Shown: positions 1 through 14,300 of the stretch, in pieces | How the letters are laid out: each line of letters opens with the position of its first letter | How positions within the stretch are numbered: position 1 is the stretch's first letter | From: the human T2T-CHM13v2.0 reference genome, Homo sapiens | NCBI GenBank assembly: GCA_009914755.4 | Contig: CP068257.2 | Location: 9,248,001 to 9,312,000, forward strand | Reading direction: 5' to 3' | Length of the DNA stretch: 64,000 nt | Program-made: the position numbers and the translations under genes | The notes under the pieces: generated by a model | Databases searched by the model: none | Seen by the model: the letters and a program-made list of their open reading frames with translations, nothing else | What the model was told of the DNA's origin: nothing

Positions 1-99
1 ACTGAGTTACACTGACATTCACTAGTCTGATAGATACAGAGAGACACAATTACCTTCACTCACACAGAGTTTCCTAGGGCTGCAGGAACAAAGCGCCAT

Positions 100-410
100 A
101 AGCTCGGTGGCTCAAAACATTCGGAAATGGTTCTCTCACAGATCACGGCCACGGAAGCTCCAAGTCTGAACTCAAGGTGTTGGCAGGGCTGTGTTCCCTC
201 TGGAGGCCCTACAGGAGGGCCCTTCCTCGTCTCCAGCTTCTGGTGGCTTCAAGTGTCCCGTAGTTTGTGACAGCCACACTCCAATCTCTGCCTCTGTCTT
301 CACATGGCCTTCTCTGTGCATCTGTGTGTGTCAAATCTTTGTCTGTCTTTGTCTTATAAGGACACTTATTGGATTTAGGGACCACATGGATAATCCAAGA
401 TAACCTCATT
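100..410 (+). mobile_element. Ancient LTR-retrotransposon-derived repeat fragment (MaLR/MLT1-like; family tentative)
   Basis: Its motifs (ctccaagtctgaactcaaggtgttggcagggctg, cttccagcttctggtggc, ctccaatctctgcctctgtcttcacatggccttctc, cttataaggacac) recur in a second diverged copy at about 61215-61560. No ORF integrity. Confidence 0.35.
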
Positions 411-443
411 TCAAAACCCTTAATTTTATAATATTGGCAAGAC

Positions 444-472
444 TTTTTTTGTTTGTTTGTTTGTTTGTTTTG
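444..472. repeat. (TTTG)n microsatellite
   Basis: tttttttgtttgtttgtttgtttgttttg. Confidence 0.9.
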
Positions 473-582
473 CAAATAAGGCCAGAGTCACAGGTTCCAG
501 ATGGACATATGATTTGAGGGGAGACAATTCAACTCACTATATACACAAACACATGTGTGTATCTATATAGCTGTATAATTGA

Positions 583-900
<318 letters not shown>

Positions 901-1172
901 AAAACACTGCCCTTTCTATAGAAAAACTGGTCAAGTACTGGACAGTTTACTACAAAAGAAACAATAAATAGATAAAAAATGAAACCTAGGTTCAAAAGCA
1001 TGAATAATGAATCTTGATTTTAATGATGGTTTCATCAGTGTATGCATATGTCCAAACATCAAATTGTACATTAAATATGTGCAGTTTTTTATATTGATTT
1101 TACCTCAACAAAGCTGTTATAAATACAAATAATAAAAAGTGCAAATAAATTGACAAGATACAAATATATTTA

Positions 1173-1632
<460 letters not shown>

Positions 1633-1791
1633 CTAGGAGTCTAGATAATTCGATATACAGGTAAAGTCATAGCATTTATTTAATCATGTTAATTAGTTAT
1701 GTTATGTAACATATAATAAGATAATATTGTATGTTAATATATAATATAAATATATTATGCTAATACATTAATATATACACACTTAGTCCTT

Positions 1792-2140
1792 CTATCTGTT
1801 ACTAAAGAGAGCTCACGTGACATCAGCAAGGAAACACAGTCCTTCTATCTGTTACTAAAGCGAGCTCACGTGACATCAACAAGGAAACACAGTTAGTCCT
1901 TCTATCTGTTACTAAAGCAAGCTCACCTGACATCAACAAGAAAATACACACTTAGTCCTTTGTATCTGTTACTCAAGCGAGCTCATGACATCAACAAGGA
2001 AACATACACTTACTCCTTCTGTTACTAAAGGGAGCTCATGTGACATCAACAAGGAAACACACAGTTAGTCCTTCTATCTGTTGCTAAAGGGAGCTCATGT
2101 GACATCAACAAGGAAACGCACTGTTAGTCCTTTGTATCTG
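1792..2140. repeat. Minisatellite, about 6.5 units of 53-58 bp
   Basis: Unit ttagtccttctatctgttactaaagagagctcacgtgacatcaacaaggaaacacag, repeated head-to-tail with substitutions and indels. Confidence 0.9.
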
Positions 2141-5100
2141 TGAGTTGTGCATCTGCCGATTCAAGCAGCCAGGAGTCAAAAATATTTGCAAAAAAAGCCC
2201 TTTAAACTGTATTGAACATGTACAAAGTTTTTCTTTTTATTATTCTCTAAATGACACAGTGTAACAACGATTTGCATAACATTTACACTGTAGTAGGTGT
2301 TACCAGTAATCTAGAGATGATTTAAAGTATAGGGAGAATGTGCATAGGCTACGCTGAATACTACACCATTGCATATCAGGGACTTGAGCGTCTAGGGATT
2401 CTGGTATCTGGGGGAGGTCCTGGAACCAATTTCTCATGAATACCGACAGATGACTGTATGTTGTATCTTGATGCAATGAATAAACAAAGCAGATAACAGT
2501 AACTGACATGGGGTAGAAGGTGAGGGGAAATGAAGGGGTTGCTATTTACATGTTTATATGAGATGAACAGGGCAGACCCCACAGAGGGGATATTTAACAG
2601 AAACTGAACGTAGGAGAAGCAGTCCTGAGAACTGTAGACCAAGAGAGCTCGTGGTGGCCCTGGGAAGGGGCTTGTCAGATCTCGTGGCCCCTGGGGGCTG
2701 GTGACTGTTAGCGGCTGGCCAACAGCCAGCTGCCGCCCTGAAATCTGCCACTGTCAGCCGGTAACCCAGCATGGCGGAGTATAAAGGCAGGCCTGCTGCA
2801 AGGAGATGAAGGACCCCTCTGCTGGTCAGCCTGGGCTGGAGGGTTCTACTACCAGCCTTGCCAAAAGTTTCTCAGAATTGCACTGCATTTTAAGACTTTG
2901 CCTGCCCAGACCCCTGCAGCCCCTTCTCATTTTCCTCCACATGCACTTCTCCCAAATAATCTCTTGAGTGGCAAATACTATTCCGGTGTTTGGTGCTCTA
3001 AGAACCCAGATGTACACAGTGTTCCAGCAGAGGCTGCACAAATACAGTGGCCCCGAGGAGCTTGGCATTTTTGAGGAGCATCAAGGAGGCCAGTGTGGCA
3101 TTCATGGAAAGGACAGAGGGAGAGTGGGAGATGAGGTCAGAAATGTACTTGAAGTCCTTGCCGAAGAAAAATAGTTGACTTGCTTATTATAAAACCCTTT
3201 TAGTTAAGGAAGAAATAAAAACTGTTAACCAATGGCATCTGTATCCATTACAGAATTTAAAGGAAGGGCATCATACAGCCAGTACCTTACAATCTTCCCA
3301 TTAGCAGCATTCAACACATCTGTCTAGGTAGTAAACCTAAGTGGCCCAGCTCTGGGCCATTAAATTTTGATGTAACCCATTAAGGAAACTTACGGCCTTA
3401 GTTCAAAGGGCTGTTGCCATTGTGTCTGTGAGAGCGGTGCTGCAGAGTGCATTTTATGCAAATCTCATAGATTTTAATGAGTGCTCCTGCTTAATAAGCT
3501 AGTTAGACCATTTGGGCATTTACTTGAGAGTGACCACAAATGTCTTTTTCTGAAACCATTTCACAGTGCTAACATTTAACTGAAATAGCACTTAACACAG
3601 AGCCAGGCACACAGCGAGCACTAAGAGTGTTACGTTACTGATGACAGGGATGAAGAACAGGAGTCTTACCAGACTCCTGTGTGTCTGTCTCGATGCTCCT
3701 GAATGACCCAGACAAAAAGGGACTAGAAACTTTCTTTTCAGGAGTTTGTGGCTTAGATCCTTGTTTCACCACAAAGCATGAGCTTGACACAGCCTGGACT
3801 TGACAGCACTTTCCACAGGGCACTTAAAAATACTTTTACCTCCTCTCTTTTACCTCCATAAACCATGACAGGTCTTTGCTCAGCCTCTGATAAGCAAAAG
3901 ATTAGAAAATCCCTTTAAACTTCAGAAACAGAGCAATGCTCAGTCAGGCAATAAAAGCTGCAGAAATTGGTCTTGAATATTATCACTGTGTATCAATTGA
4001 AGTCAGATGAAGAGCTCCACATTCATCCAAAGTTCTTTTCATACTAATTAGATGCTCTTCAAAGGTGTAATTACCATTTAAAAATGACTTTGGAGTGCAG
4101 GATACACAATAGATTTTTAATGTCTTTTAATTTCTTTTGATGTTTCTCATATTTCATTAGTACGTTCTTATTTTACCAAAGAGTCACAGGACTTTCAAGG
4201 ACTTTCCCTCTCCCACAGTTAAAATGCTAAACAGAAGCTAAGCTCATGTGAAAAACTTGTCTCAATAACCAGAGAAAGACTATACTAATTACAATTTGGA
4301 TTGCGTGGATTATCAATTTGTCCGATACTCCGTTTGCCTCCACCTTGAGGAGAGACTATTTCCAGCCCCAGAGTCAAGCTGCCTCATTGCACGGAAGAGG
4401 GAGTAAAATAAGAAGCCTGGTGATGTGCTTATTGTCACAATTTGTGGTACAGCTGACACTTAGACTACATCTGCCCTTGAAGCTCAACCTCTTTGCCCTA
4501 CTCCTGTGGTGTTTCTTGGCATCTGGTATCATTTCAAAAGGGTAAGAATGGCATAGAGAAGGTTTCTCATTGCTAAGCATGGAGTAGGAATATTTTAGTG
4601 AAATGTGTAAGTTTTGGGGCAGAAGTAAAAACACCCCATCTGCTCTTCCACACTTCGAGAGAGCGGCACACAAAGCAGCAACTTGGCTCTGGGCGGCAGC
4701 TGGCTGAGGTCTCATGGTCTGGAGGACAGCCCCTGGCTTTCACATCGTCCATGTCTTGCCATTTCTCTTTGGATAAGGCACAAATGTCTGAAGATATCCT
4801 CCAGGCCCGAGGACCTGCTCCTATTCTATCCAGTCTCGTCTTTCATGAGCCACTGTGCTTCAGCCACTGCTTTTCCTTCCACCCCTTTGTCTTTCCTTTT
4901 TCCCAGGTATAAGGCCTTTGCACTTTCTAAACCCTCTAACCTGGAACACTGTTTCTTCTATTTATCTCAATAACTCCAACCCCTTCTTTGTACCATATTT
5001 CAAGCACTGCTCCCCAGGAAAGCTCTCCCTGCCCTCTGCCCAGCCCGGGGCCTGTGATTATGGGTCTTTGCAGCACCAAGGGCCTCCCCTTCACTGTACA

Positions 5101-6141
5101 CATGGGTTGCATGTTTCTACTTGTGCATGCAAATATTTGATTCAGGTCTACATCCTCCAGCCCCCTTACAGAATATACTGCTAAGGGCAGGTATGGGGTC
5201 TGGTTTTGCCCACCCCTGTGTCTCCATAACATAGCACAGTGCCTGACACAGAGAAAGGAGAAGGTGCTCCATGAACATTTCCTGACCCAATCCCTGACCA
5301 AATTCTCTAGAAGGGTTGCTGTGCTCTCATTGCACAGACATGCTGCAGGAGCACTCTGCTGTTCTCCAGAATTCTGGCTCTCCATCTCAAAATGATTCTG
5401 TGAGTGGCTGCATAATGCATCCTGACCAAAGAGTCAGGAGCCCTGCAATCCTTCAACACTTCTGCAATTAATGAGCTTTCAGACACAGGGCAAACCATTT
5501 AACGTCTGTCTCTATGTCTTCTTATATGTAAAATTAGATTTTTAATATCAGCTTTATTTACCTTACCGAGTTATTCTTCTATAACAAGAACATTAAGAGC
5601 CTGGCTTGTATTCGTTTGAGCGAGAGATTGTTGGTGTGAAAAGCATTGGTTATAGGCAGTTTCTTACTTCTACACACAGTGGATTCCTACACATGTGTTT
5701 CAAAGTTGAATAACAAAGAATAATGAGGGAGACATTTCCAGAGAACTAAAAATACATTCTAAAATTCCTAGTAGTGGTTAATTATGTGCTGCCTCCCTCA
5801 GACCCATGAGGCAGGTGAGGCCTTCAAATGCACGTAGCACAGGGGGCCACCAGCCATCCTGGGGATGGGAAAGGTGACCCGAGCACCTCCTCTTCCCGGC
5901 CTGACCACTCCTCTGCCCACTGCTGCAGCGGCCACAGCATTTCCACGTCTTTAGGAAGATTTGGGTGGCTGGAAACCGACATCCAGATATCGGGAAAAGC
6001 AGCTCTATCTTCTTGCCATCTGTGGTAAATTGTAAATGTGACCCCAAATGTTTACTGTTTCCTTTTTCTCCAGCCTTTGCCATGTAATTTTATAGAGGTC
6101 ACCAAGTTTGACTTTGGGCTTAGCCCTGTGAATTAGTCTAG

Positions 6142-6510
<369 letters not shown>

Positions 6511-6529
6511 TATAATACTATTTTATAAA

Positions 6530-6970
6530 TATATACCATATGAAATTGGCTCACGTGATTATGAAAACAAAAGTCTCAAGATAGATATGCATTTGCAAAC
6601 TGCAGACCTAGGAAAGCTGATGGGCTAATTATAGTCCAAATGCTGGTGGGCTTCCAAGGGAAAATCTGATGTTTCAGTTCAGGTCCACAGGCAGAAACAC
6701 GAAACACAAAACCCAATGCCTGGGTTCACAGCAGTCCAAGCAGAAAGAGTTCCCTCTGACTTGCTCCATTCAGGCCTCCAGCTGACTGGCTGAGGCCCAG
6801 CCACATCGGGTGGGGCGGGGGGGACAACCTGCTATGCTCAGTCTGCCAATGTAAATGCTAATCTCATTTGCAATCACCCTCCCAGACACACCCAGAATAA
6901 TGTTGAAACAAATTTCTGGGCACCCTGTGGCCCAGTCAAGTTGACACATACAATTAACCATCCCACCATG
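6530..6970 (+). mobile_element. Ancient LTR-like interspersed repeat (MaLR-like; family tentative); second copy at 13915-14300
   Basis: Shared blocks: ggctcacgtgattatg..., ttcaggcctccagctgactggctgaggcccagccacat, cacccagaataatgtt..ctgggcaccctgtggcccagtcaagttgacacata.aattaaccatc. These match the copy at about 13.9-14.3 kb. Confidence 0.35.
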
Positions 6971-9900
6971 AGATTTGCTGTGGCCAGTGGGATGTTCACA
7001 GATGAGATGCCAGCAGAGCCTTGAAAGACTCTAGACCCGTCAGGCCACCCAGGTACTCACTTGGGAATGCACGCTGATGGAGGTGCTTTCGTGGCCACTG
7101 TGGCAGGCAAAGGGAGTGTGGTGTCCCCTGTGCTGGTCCTTTGCAGGAAGTGACACATGCCGCTTCCACTCATGATTCCTGCCCGACTTGCGTGAACAGA
7201 CTGTCTGCACAAGGTGGGGTGTTCCAACCAACTTCTACAGATCTTGTAATTGATGATTTGACATGCACTAATCACAGGGCCAAACTAATGGCCAAAGGTG
7301 TCTACATCACCCTTCAGTCCCACTTTTGAGGTAGCATAAAAGTCATATCACAAACCCTCCAGCCACAAACAAATCTGTGACTTGTTTCCTGCCGAATAAG
7401 GGCTGTCCCTACTTTGTGACTTCTCCCCTCTGGGTTCATGGAGGCTTCGATCCATGCTTCCTGTACTCCTGCCTCCTGCCCAATCCTGGCGCTGCCTGGG
7501 CAGCCCTGTGTGGCATGCCAATGCTCCTTTTTCTTAGGAACTGTAAGAAACAAGCTCTTATTTCAAAGGCAGTTGTTCCTGTCTGTGTCTATCACTTTAC
7601 CATACCTGAATTAAACAAATCCTGAACTCAAATCATAAAACATGGGGAATGCAAGCATATTATATGAGCAGAAGGAGTGGAATATCTGTGGACAGTCCTG
7701 ATGGCTCAGACCCTTAGTTCCCACAGTGTTCTGAGAATGCCCGCTGATCTCTGCTGACACTGACTTCCGTGCATGGTATTTGCCTGCCGTCCCTGGCACG
7801 ATAGGAGGTTATGGTTGTTGAGTGTAGTCATTCCTTAACCACTTTGCTATCCTGCCTTATTATTGTCAATAAATACTATAACATATGCTAAATTTTAGCA
7901 TTCTGTGAAATGAGAGAGGGTGTATGATATTGTTTCTAAGGCAGAAACCGAGACAGCAAGATCTTACTGCACCATTCTGTGGCTTCCCAGCACCAAGTCA
8001 TTCTGATGACCCAGGTCTCACACTGGCACCTTCAGAAAACCATGGTGCCAGGAAGTTAAAATCTTATTTGAATCCAAATAAAAGACATATTCAGACTCCT
8101 AGTGACTCATGACCTGAAGTCTAAGGTTTATTCGGAATTGGCGGAGATAGCACTGGTAAATATATATACTTTTTTAAAATGAAGGGTCCAAAAATACGAC
8201 ATTTCCCTAAGCATTAAGTCAGACTGAGAAATTTGTACCAGTGATTTGGAGCCTGGAGGTAATGAGGCAAAAACTTAATGAGCTTATTCCGGGACCCCCA
8301 CCTGAGTCAAGACCTCAAAGCCTTAAGGATACAAATTTCCAGTGGCGGCTTGTTGACAATAACAGAAAAGGCGGAATCATGAGCAAGCCGGCTGTCTGCC
8401 CACCGAAGAGAGTGCTCGCAAATGCTTGGCAACACTCCCCACCTGTGTGACTCCCTCTTTCAGCCTGGAGGGCTTTCCACGTTTCCAGTGTGCATCCTCT
8501 TGACATTAAAGACATTATCCCAGGGCGCTTACCCTGAGCAAAGCTTCCTCTTCTCAGCTCCTACAGTTTGGCTGATGCTGCTCAAGAGTCCCCCACAGTC
8601 CTGGCATCTGGTTTACTTCTGGGAGGCATCTGCCCTGCTGAAAGACAGGAGGCGGCGGAAAGAACAGATAGAACAGGATCCCCGGGGCTCTGATTCTTAA
8701 GGGAAAGCAACATGACCTTGGCTGGTGGATCGGCTAACAAGAGGCTTAAATAGAGGCCCTGTTGCTCCCTACAAGAAGTTTGGACACACTGTGATGAGGC
8801 ATTTGAAAGAAAACCTTCTGAGTACAGTGGGAATCTGTATCATAAACAAAAGAAGCCTTTGGTATGCCCTGTGTGCCCCCTGCACAGTGCACTCAGTACA
8901 TAACTACAGACTGTTCTGCAAAAAAATGAAACAACTGGAATTTTTAATATCATGTCTGAGATTTCCTGTGAGAACATGGTGTACACGTTCTACTAAGTTC
9001 AAGGTGCGATTTTCCCCTAATTGTTTTCAATAGTTCCTTCCACTGTTAGCATCTTTCAGAAAAATATCAGCACATTGCTTTCCCTAGAGGGAATAGAAGA
9101 GAATAAAATCCCATGATTTAATCTTTAAAAAGTTGAGAAACAAAAGTCAAAAACATCCAAATTTAATGCTGCCTTTTCTAGCTTATGCATGTTACGTTAA
9201 TATCTAAATGATGTCCAGAAGTATTTACTTGTGTCATATTTACAGAACTGGCTGACAGACTTTAAGAAACTTGTTTTGGCTTTTGTTATTAATGTTCTCA
9301 GGAACACTTGACATGAAAGTTCTGGTTTTCTATAAAACAGAGTTTTGACATTTTTGGAGAAACTTAAAATAGGTCTACTAGGTTCTGGTGAATTCAGAAT
9401 ATTCAGAGGACATAAAGCATGACTGATGAGGAGCATAGGATTTTGTGCCTCAGAGCACTTACCATTGATTAAAGGCCTTTAGGTTGGATTCTGACCTGGA
9501 GATAGTGTCCACTGACTTCACGGCAGTCTCTCTTCTGCAAATAGGGGTACTGCTTTTCCTCATCCTTATGGAAATGATATAGTGGGATGTGAAAACATGT
9601 GGTTTCCCCCTTGAAGTTCTAAACATTCCAAAAGTGTCATTTACTCACTAGATCCTTAATAGATCTTCCTTCTAATATGGATTTTTTAAAAAAAATTTAG
9701 ATCACTCTTGCTTTCATGATTTGAGAAGGTGTTACTTAGAGAAATAAGGCAAAAGGAAAACTTTAAGATTGACATTTGTCTAGGGTGCCTCAAACATTTC
9801 TAGAACATTAGATAGATTATCACTCGATCTCTTGTTTTGAAAGCAAATTGGTTTCTAGAAGACCCACTTTGATGGTGAGACCTGTGGAGGTTTTCATCAC

Positions 9901-12312
9901 AGATGTTTATTTACACGGAGAAGAACCCCTGAACATGGTGACCAGATGAAAGGCAGCTCAGGGCTGAGCTCTCGGGACTCAGCTCTGCCATCAGCCACCA
10001 GCCACATTTTCCTCTGAGTTTATGAAAATGATGCACCCTTACACTCAATGCTACAGTTCTTGAGTCAGCATTGTGCAAGTTGATTATCCAAATTGGTCCA
10101 TTCTTGTCATACCCAACTAAATCAGAGAAGAGGGGTCTGAGTAAAAGGCACTCAGGGTACATAACGTCACTCTAGAAATGCTGTTGTCTGCAAGTCCCGT
10201 GGCTGAAACTGCCTGTTGTAACCAGAGACCACTTTCATCTGTAGCAGGTGAGATAACAACTGCAAATCAAGGACTAGTTTTGCCCACCACAGTCACCCAC
10301 CAATCAGACCTTACCAGCCCCCAAAACTTTGCTAATATCAAAGAACTTTCTCACAGGACCACAAAGGAACAGTCCTCTTTTTCCACCTTCGGACCACCCT
10401 GTCTGCCTCTATATTGTGAATTGCAATTCTTTCTTCCTAAATATTAAATTTAGAGATTCAGCTCTACATTTTTAATTTGCTTTAGAGAAGGTCAAGCAGA
10501 CACTTGCCAAACCCTGTGGTTTCTTTGTCACTGTGTGGCTGGGTTCGTTCCTCTTCATTTTGTCCTCACTCACAGCTTCCTTTGTCTGAAGCTTCCTTCT
10601 CACTGACCCGCTTACCTCAGGTGGCTTCTCTTCTGTTGTATCTTAAGAGGTAGCTGCTGCAAGTCTTTCTTAATTCACTGGGGAATAATGGCAGCCTCTC
10701 CAGGCCTTCTGTGTCAAGACCTCAGTCCTGGTTGGCTGCAAAGCTCCTCACCCAGCCTTGCCAGATAGTCTTGTTTTGCTTTCTTCTTCTAGTCTTCAAA
10801 TCCCACTCTGATTTTGAGATTCTTTTGTTAAAGCCCAGCAGCAAGGATGGTGGAGCGTGCATTGGGTGTTTGGGTGGCAGGACAGCTGGTTTCTAGTCTT
10901 GGGTTGGAAAATACCAAGTGATTTGGCTTTGGGGAAATGACTCCCCTTTTTGGTGTGAGGGATTATTTCTAGTAAATTGTAATGAAGAGATTTCATATCA
11001 GTCAACAGAAGTGGTTCTGAGCATGATCACTAAGTGGGAGCGGGAGTCACAGGGCCTCAAGGCTTATCTCCTCCAGGGCAGTTTTATCTCTGCCCCAGGA
11101 AGGAAGTACGTGGTAATATATTTCCTGGTCTGGCTGCTGGTTGGAAGTTGTGAGGGTGATTGCCAAATGAATTCTCTATATGTAATCCAGATATCAACTG
11201 GCATTTCCTGCTCCTGTGATCTAGATAAGAGAGGCCTAGCAAGCAGGCCACTTGCCGTAGGTGCCGAGTTTATGGTCCACATCACTTTTTTATGTAGGCT
11301 GAACCTGGCCCACATGACGTCTGCCCAGATATAAAATTCCACCTCTTCCTTGATTTCCACCTAAAATGTCACTCACCTGAGGCAAGGATCCATGGAGATT
11401 TGAAGGAGACATGTGAGAGTACACTTCAGAAAGGCACGTGCTCCTAGTAAATGTTAAATACTGAGATTCTTAAATGTTTCCTCATGCCCAAGTCTGTATG
11501 TTCTACATCCTTGAGAGGGAACCTAATAAAAGGAGTTATTTTTCTTGACAAATGGAGTTTATAAAAAGGACTTTGAGATCTTTCAAAATATGATCTAATA
11601 TAAGAATCATTTATTTTTGGAAACACATTTGTTTATTCATTCACAGTTACATTCATTCATTCTAGGCTTTTTTGGTTTGGCCTCTACAGAAGAAATTATA
11701 AAACTGGTTCAGTACTGCCCCCCATCAGATACACTAATTCCCCAAATAACAGAAGCCAATGATTTCTGCATGTGAATTGTCCAGCTTTTAAAGTCAGCCA
11801 TTTGGCCATCTGTGGCCATTTGGTGATGTGTTACTTGTGTATGGACTGCCAGTGTTACTAGTGTGGTCTCGATGGAAGGTAGCTCTTCAAGGAAGTAGTA
11901 AAAGCCAAACTGCACAAAGCAAATCCTGTAGCTGACAACAATGTGCCCAGGCTTTTCCAGATTTGCTCTAGTTATTCCAATAAGCACTATTCAAACTTAT
12001 AAACAGATGAAAGGAGAAAAGAAAGGAGCCTTTAAAGACAAAAAGAGGGCTTCTTTCTGCCAGTGAAACATTTCCCAGGTAAGATCACATCATCTGCAAT
12101 ATGGCTTGCAAATGTGTGTTTAAGATAATTTTTGGAACAGCCTAGACCAACCAGTTAAAGTGACTAGGGGTTAAACTCCAGGAGGCACAACAGAATATAT
12201 GTCTATATATATATATACATATCTTCACACCAATACACACAAAAACCTTTTATCTCTTTATTTGTTATTTCACAAACCCTAATAACTCTAAGCTGCATAA
12301 TATCTCTCTTAA

Positions 12313-12898
12313 TGATATAGGCGTTAAGAAGAAACTGCTTAGGCAGATAGTGAGGGTATGGGAATCCTCATAGGTTTTGCTTTTTAATGAAAAGCAGCCC
12401 CAAAATCATTGTCTAACAAAGATCAGCCTGTAAGATGGAGCTGCAGACATAGAAAAGCCAGCGGCAAGCTTGCATGGGTGAAGGGCAGCAGGAAAAAGCT
12501 ACGGGGACTAGGCATGTTCAAAACGGAGGCTCCATCTCCCCTTTCCTTTGCCAACCACGTGTACAGGAAGGAGCAGACAAGAAGGCACCAGTCAAGTGGA
12601 AAGTCCATTTGCATAGTAAGATTCGGATGGGGTGGCCAGCCTTCTCCGCATGCCGTGTAAACCTATGTAAGCTCTAGGGAAATCAGACACCGCCTCCTCA
12701 AGCCTGCCTAAAAAATCCTGCACACTCCTTGCCGGCTGGTCTTCCCTTTGGGAAACTCTCTCTCTCTCTCTCACTAGAGGGAGACTATTCTCCTTTCTCT
12801 TTCTTTTGCCTATTAAACATCTGCTCCTAAACTCTTCCTGTGTGTTTGTGTTCTAAATCTTCCTGGCACAAGACCATGAACCCTGGGTATTTACACCA
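12313..12898 (+). mobile_element. Solo-LTR-like repeat, about 590 bp, copy A of a three-copy family (ERVL/MaLR-like termini TGATATAGG...ACACCA; family unassigned)
   Basis: Starts tgatataggcgttaagaagaaactgcttaggcagatagtgagggta. Internal tgtaaacc...ctagggaaatcagacaccgcctcctcaagcctgcctaaaaaa and cctattaaac (poly-A-signal-like). Ends ggtatttacacca. Similar over the whole length to 30322-30926 (+) and 32934-33541 (-). Confidence 0.55.
12757..12781. repeat. (CT)n microsatellite inside LTR copy A
   Basis: ctctctctctctctc. Confidence 0.85.
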
Positions 12899-13914
12899 GA
12901 TAACTTTCCATATGATTTGTTGAGCCTTATATGCTAGGCGCTGAGTTAGGTACTGACTACAAAGAGTTGAATTTGTTGTAGTTTTCTAAAAACCTCATAT
13001 AATTTCCTTTGAGCTTGACCCTTCCTGTTGAAGTCCAGCTGACATTTTGGTGAGTGTTTCTCTGTGGACTGATTCACCCCGTAGATAACTAGGCAGGAGG
13101 CCTGGACAGAGCTTGGGAAGGCTCTGCCTGCAGTGGGTGTGCAATGGGAGGAAGGTTTTCCCCATGAGCCTCTTCACTTAGGGTCCATTTGAACGGGACG
13201 TTTATCTCCCAGCCCATCTTCAGGGGGAATCTGCCGTTGGTGAGTGGAAACAAAGGGCAGGAGTTGGGGTCTCACCACTGTATTGTCCATACCACCACCA
13301 TCTCTGGAGCCAAATTCCCAATCTGCTTAAGGCTTCGTCTCATATTGCACGTCCCCCACACACTGATCTTCCAGGTCTGTGAAGCATTGAAACACTTTTC
13401 CATTTCAGGGCTGTTTGTGCTGTTTCCTCAGCTTCAATTTTTCCCCTTCCTGAAGTTTCAGGGAAGCCCTCTCCGTTTAGACCTGACCATCAGAGAGGCA
13501 TTTCCTGCCCCTCTCCGTCAGTCCCATTTTTGTTTTTACATAGCGCGTTCATCAGTTTTTATTTATTATTTGTCTATTCAGCACTTTTTTTTTCTGTTTG
13601 TCCTGTTTTACTTTTCCATTAGAATATAAGCAATGAGAGGACAGGGCTGGGTCAGGCTTGTTTGCTATTATATTTGCAATACTTATCTTGTAGGCAATTA
13701 ATGAATGTAAATAAATTACCTTCAATGCTATGAATTATAATAGTTGCATTTGCTTCTTCACACAAGTGTCCCACGATTACCATAAGCTTGTATGTGTGTT
13801 TAGGTTCTTTTTTTCATAGCATTTCCCATAAGATGATTATCTGAGTCAATGCTTTGCTTAGGGTTCACCGGAGAAACATGTGTGTGTGTGCGCATGTGTG
13901 TACATGTCTGTGTA

Positions 13915-14300
13915 GGAGGGTGAGACAGACAGAGATTTCATTGAAGGAATTAGTTCACATGATTATGGAGACTGCAGGACCAGAATCTGTAGGATAGACC
14001 AGCAGGCTGCAGACCCAGGAAAGGGCCCACGTTGCACTTCTGAAGGCCGCCGGCTGGCAGCATTCCCTCAGGATTGCGGGAGGTCAGTTTTTGTTCTATT
14101 CAGGCCTTCAACTGATTGGATGAGGCCCACCCACATTACAGAAAGCAATCAGCTTTACTCAAAGTCCCCTGACTGAAGTATTAATCATATTCCAACACAC
14201 CCTCACAGAAATGGAATATATAACAATATGTGACTAGAACAGTGTTTGACCACCTATCTGGGTGCGATGGCCTGGGCAAGTGGTCACATAAAGTGAGCCA
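13915..14300 (+). mobile_element. Ancient LTR-like interspersed repeat, related to 6530-6970
   Basis: tcacatgattatggagactgcaggaccagaatctgtagg ... ttctattcaggccttcaactgattggatgaggcccacccacattacag ... ccctcacagaaa. Confidence 0.35.

Noticed and set aside
2640-3180. Possible promoter (tataaaggcaggcctgctg at about 2780) or LTR
   Set aside because: It is a single TATA-like motif in moderately GC-rich sequence, with no CpG island or recognisable LTR termini. It is insufficient.
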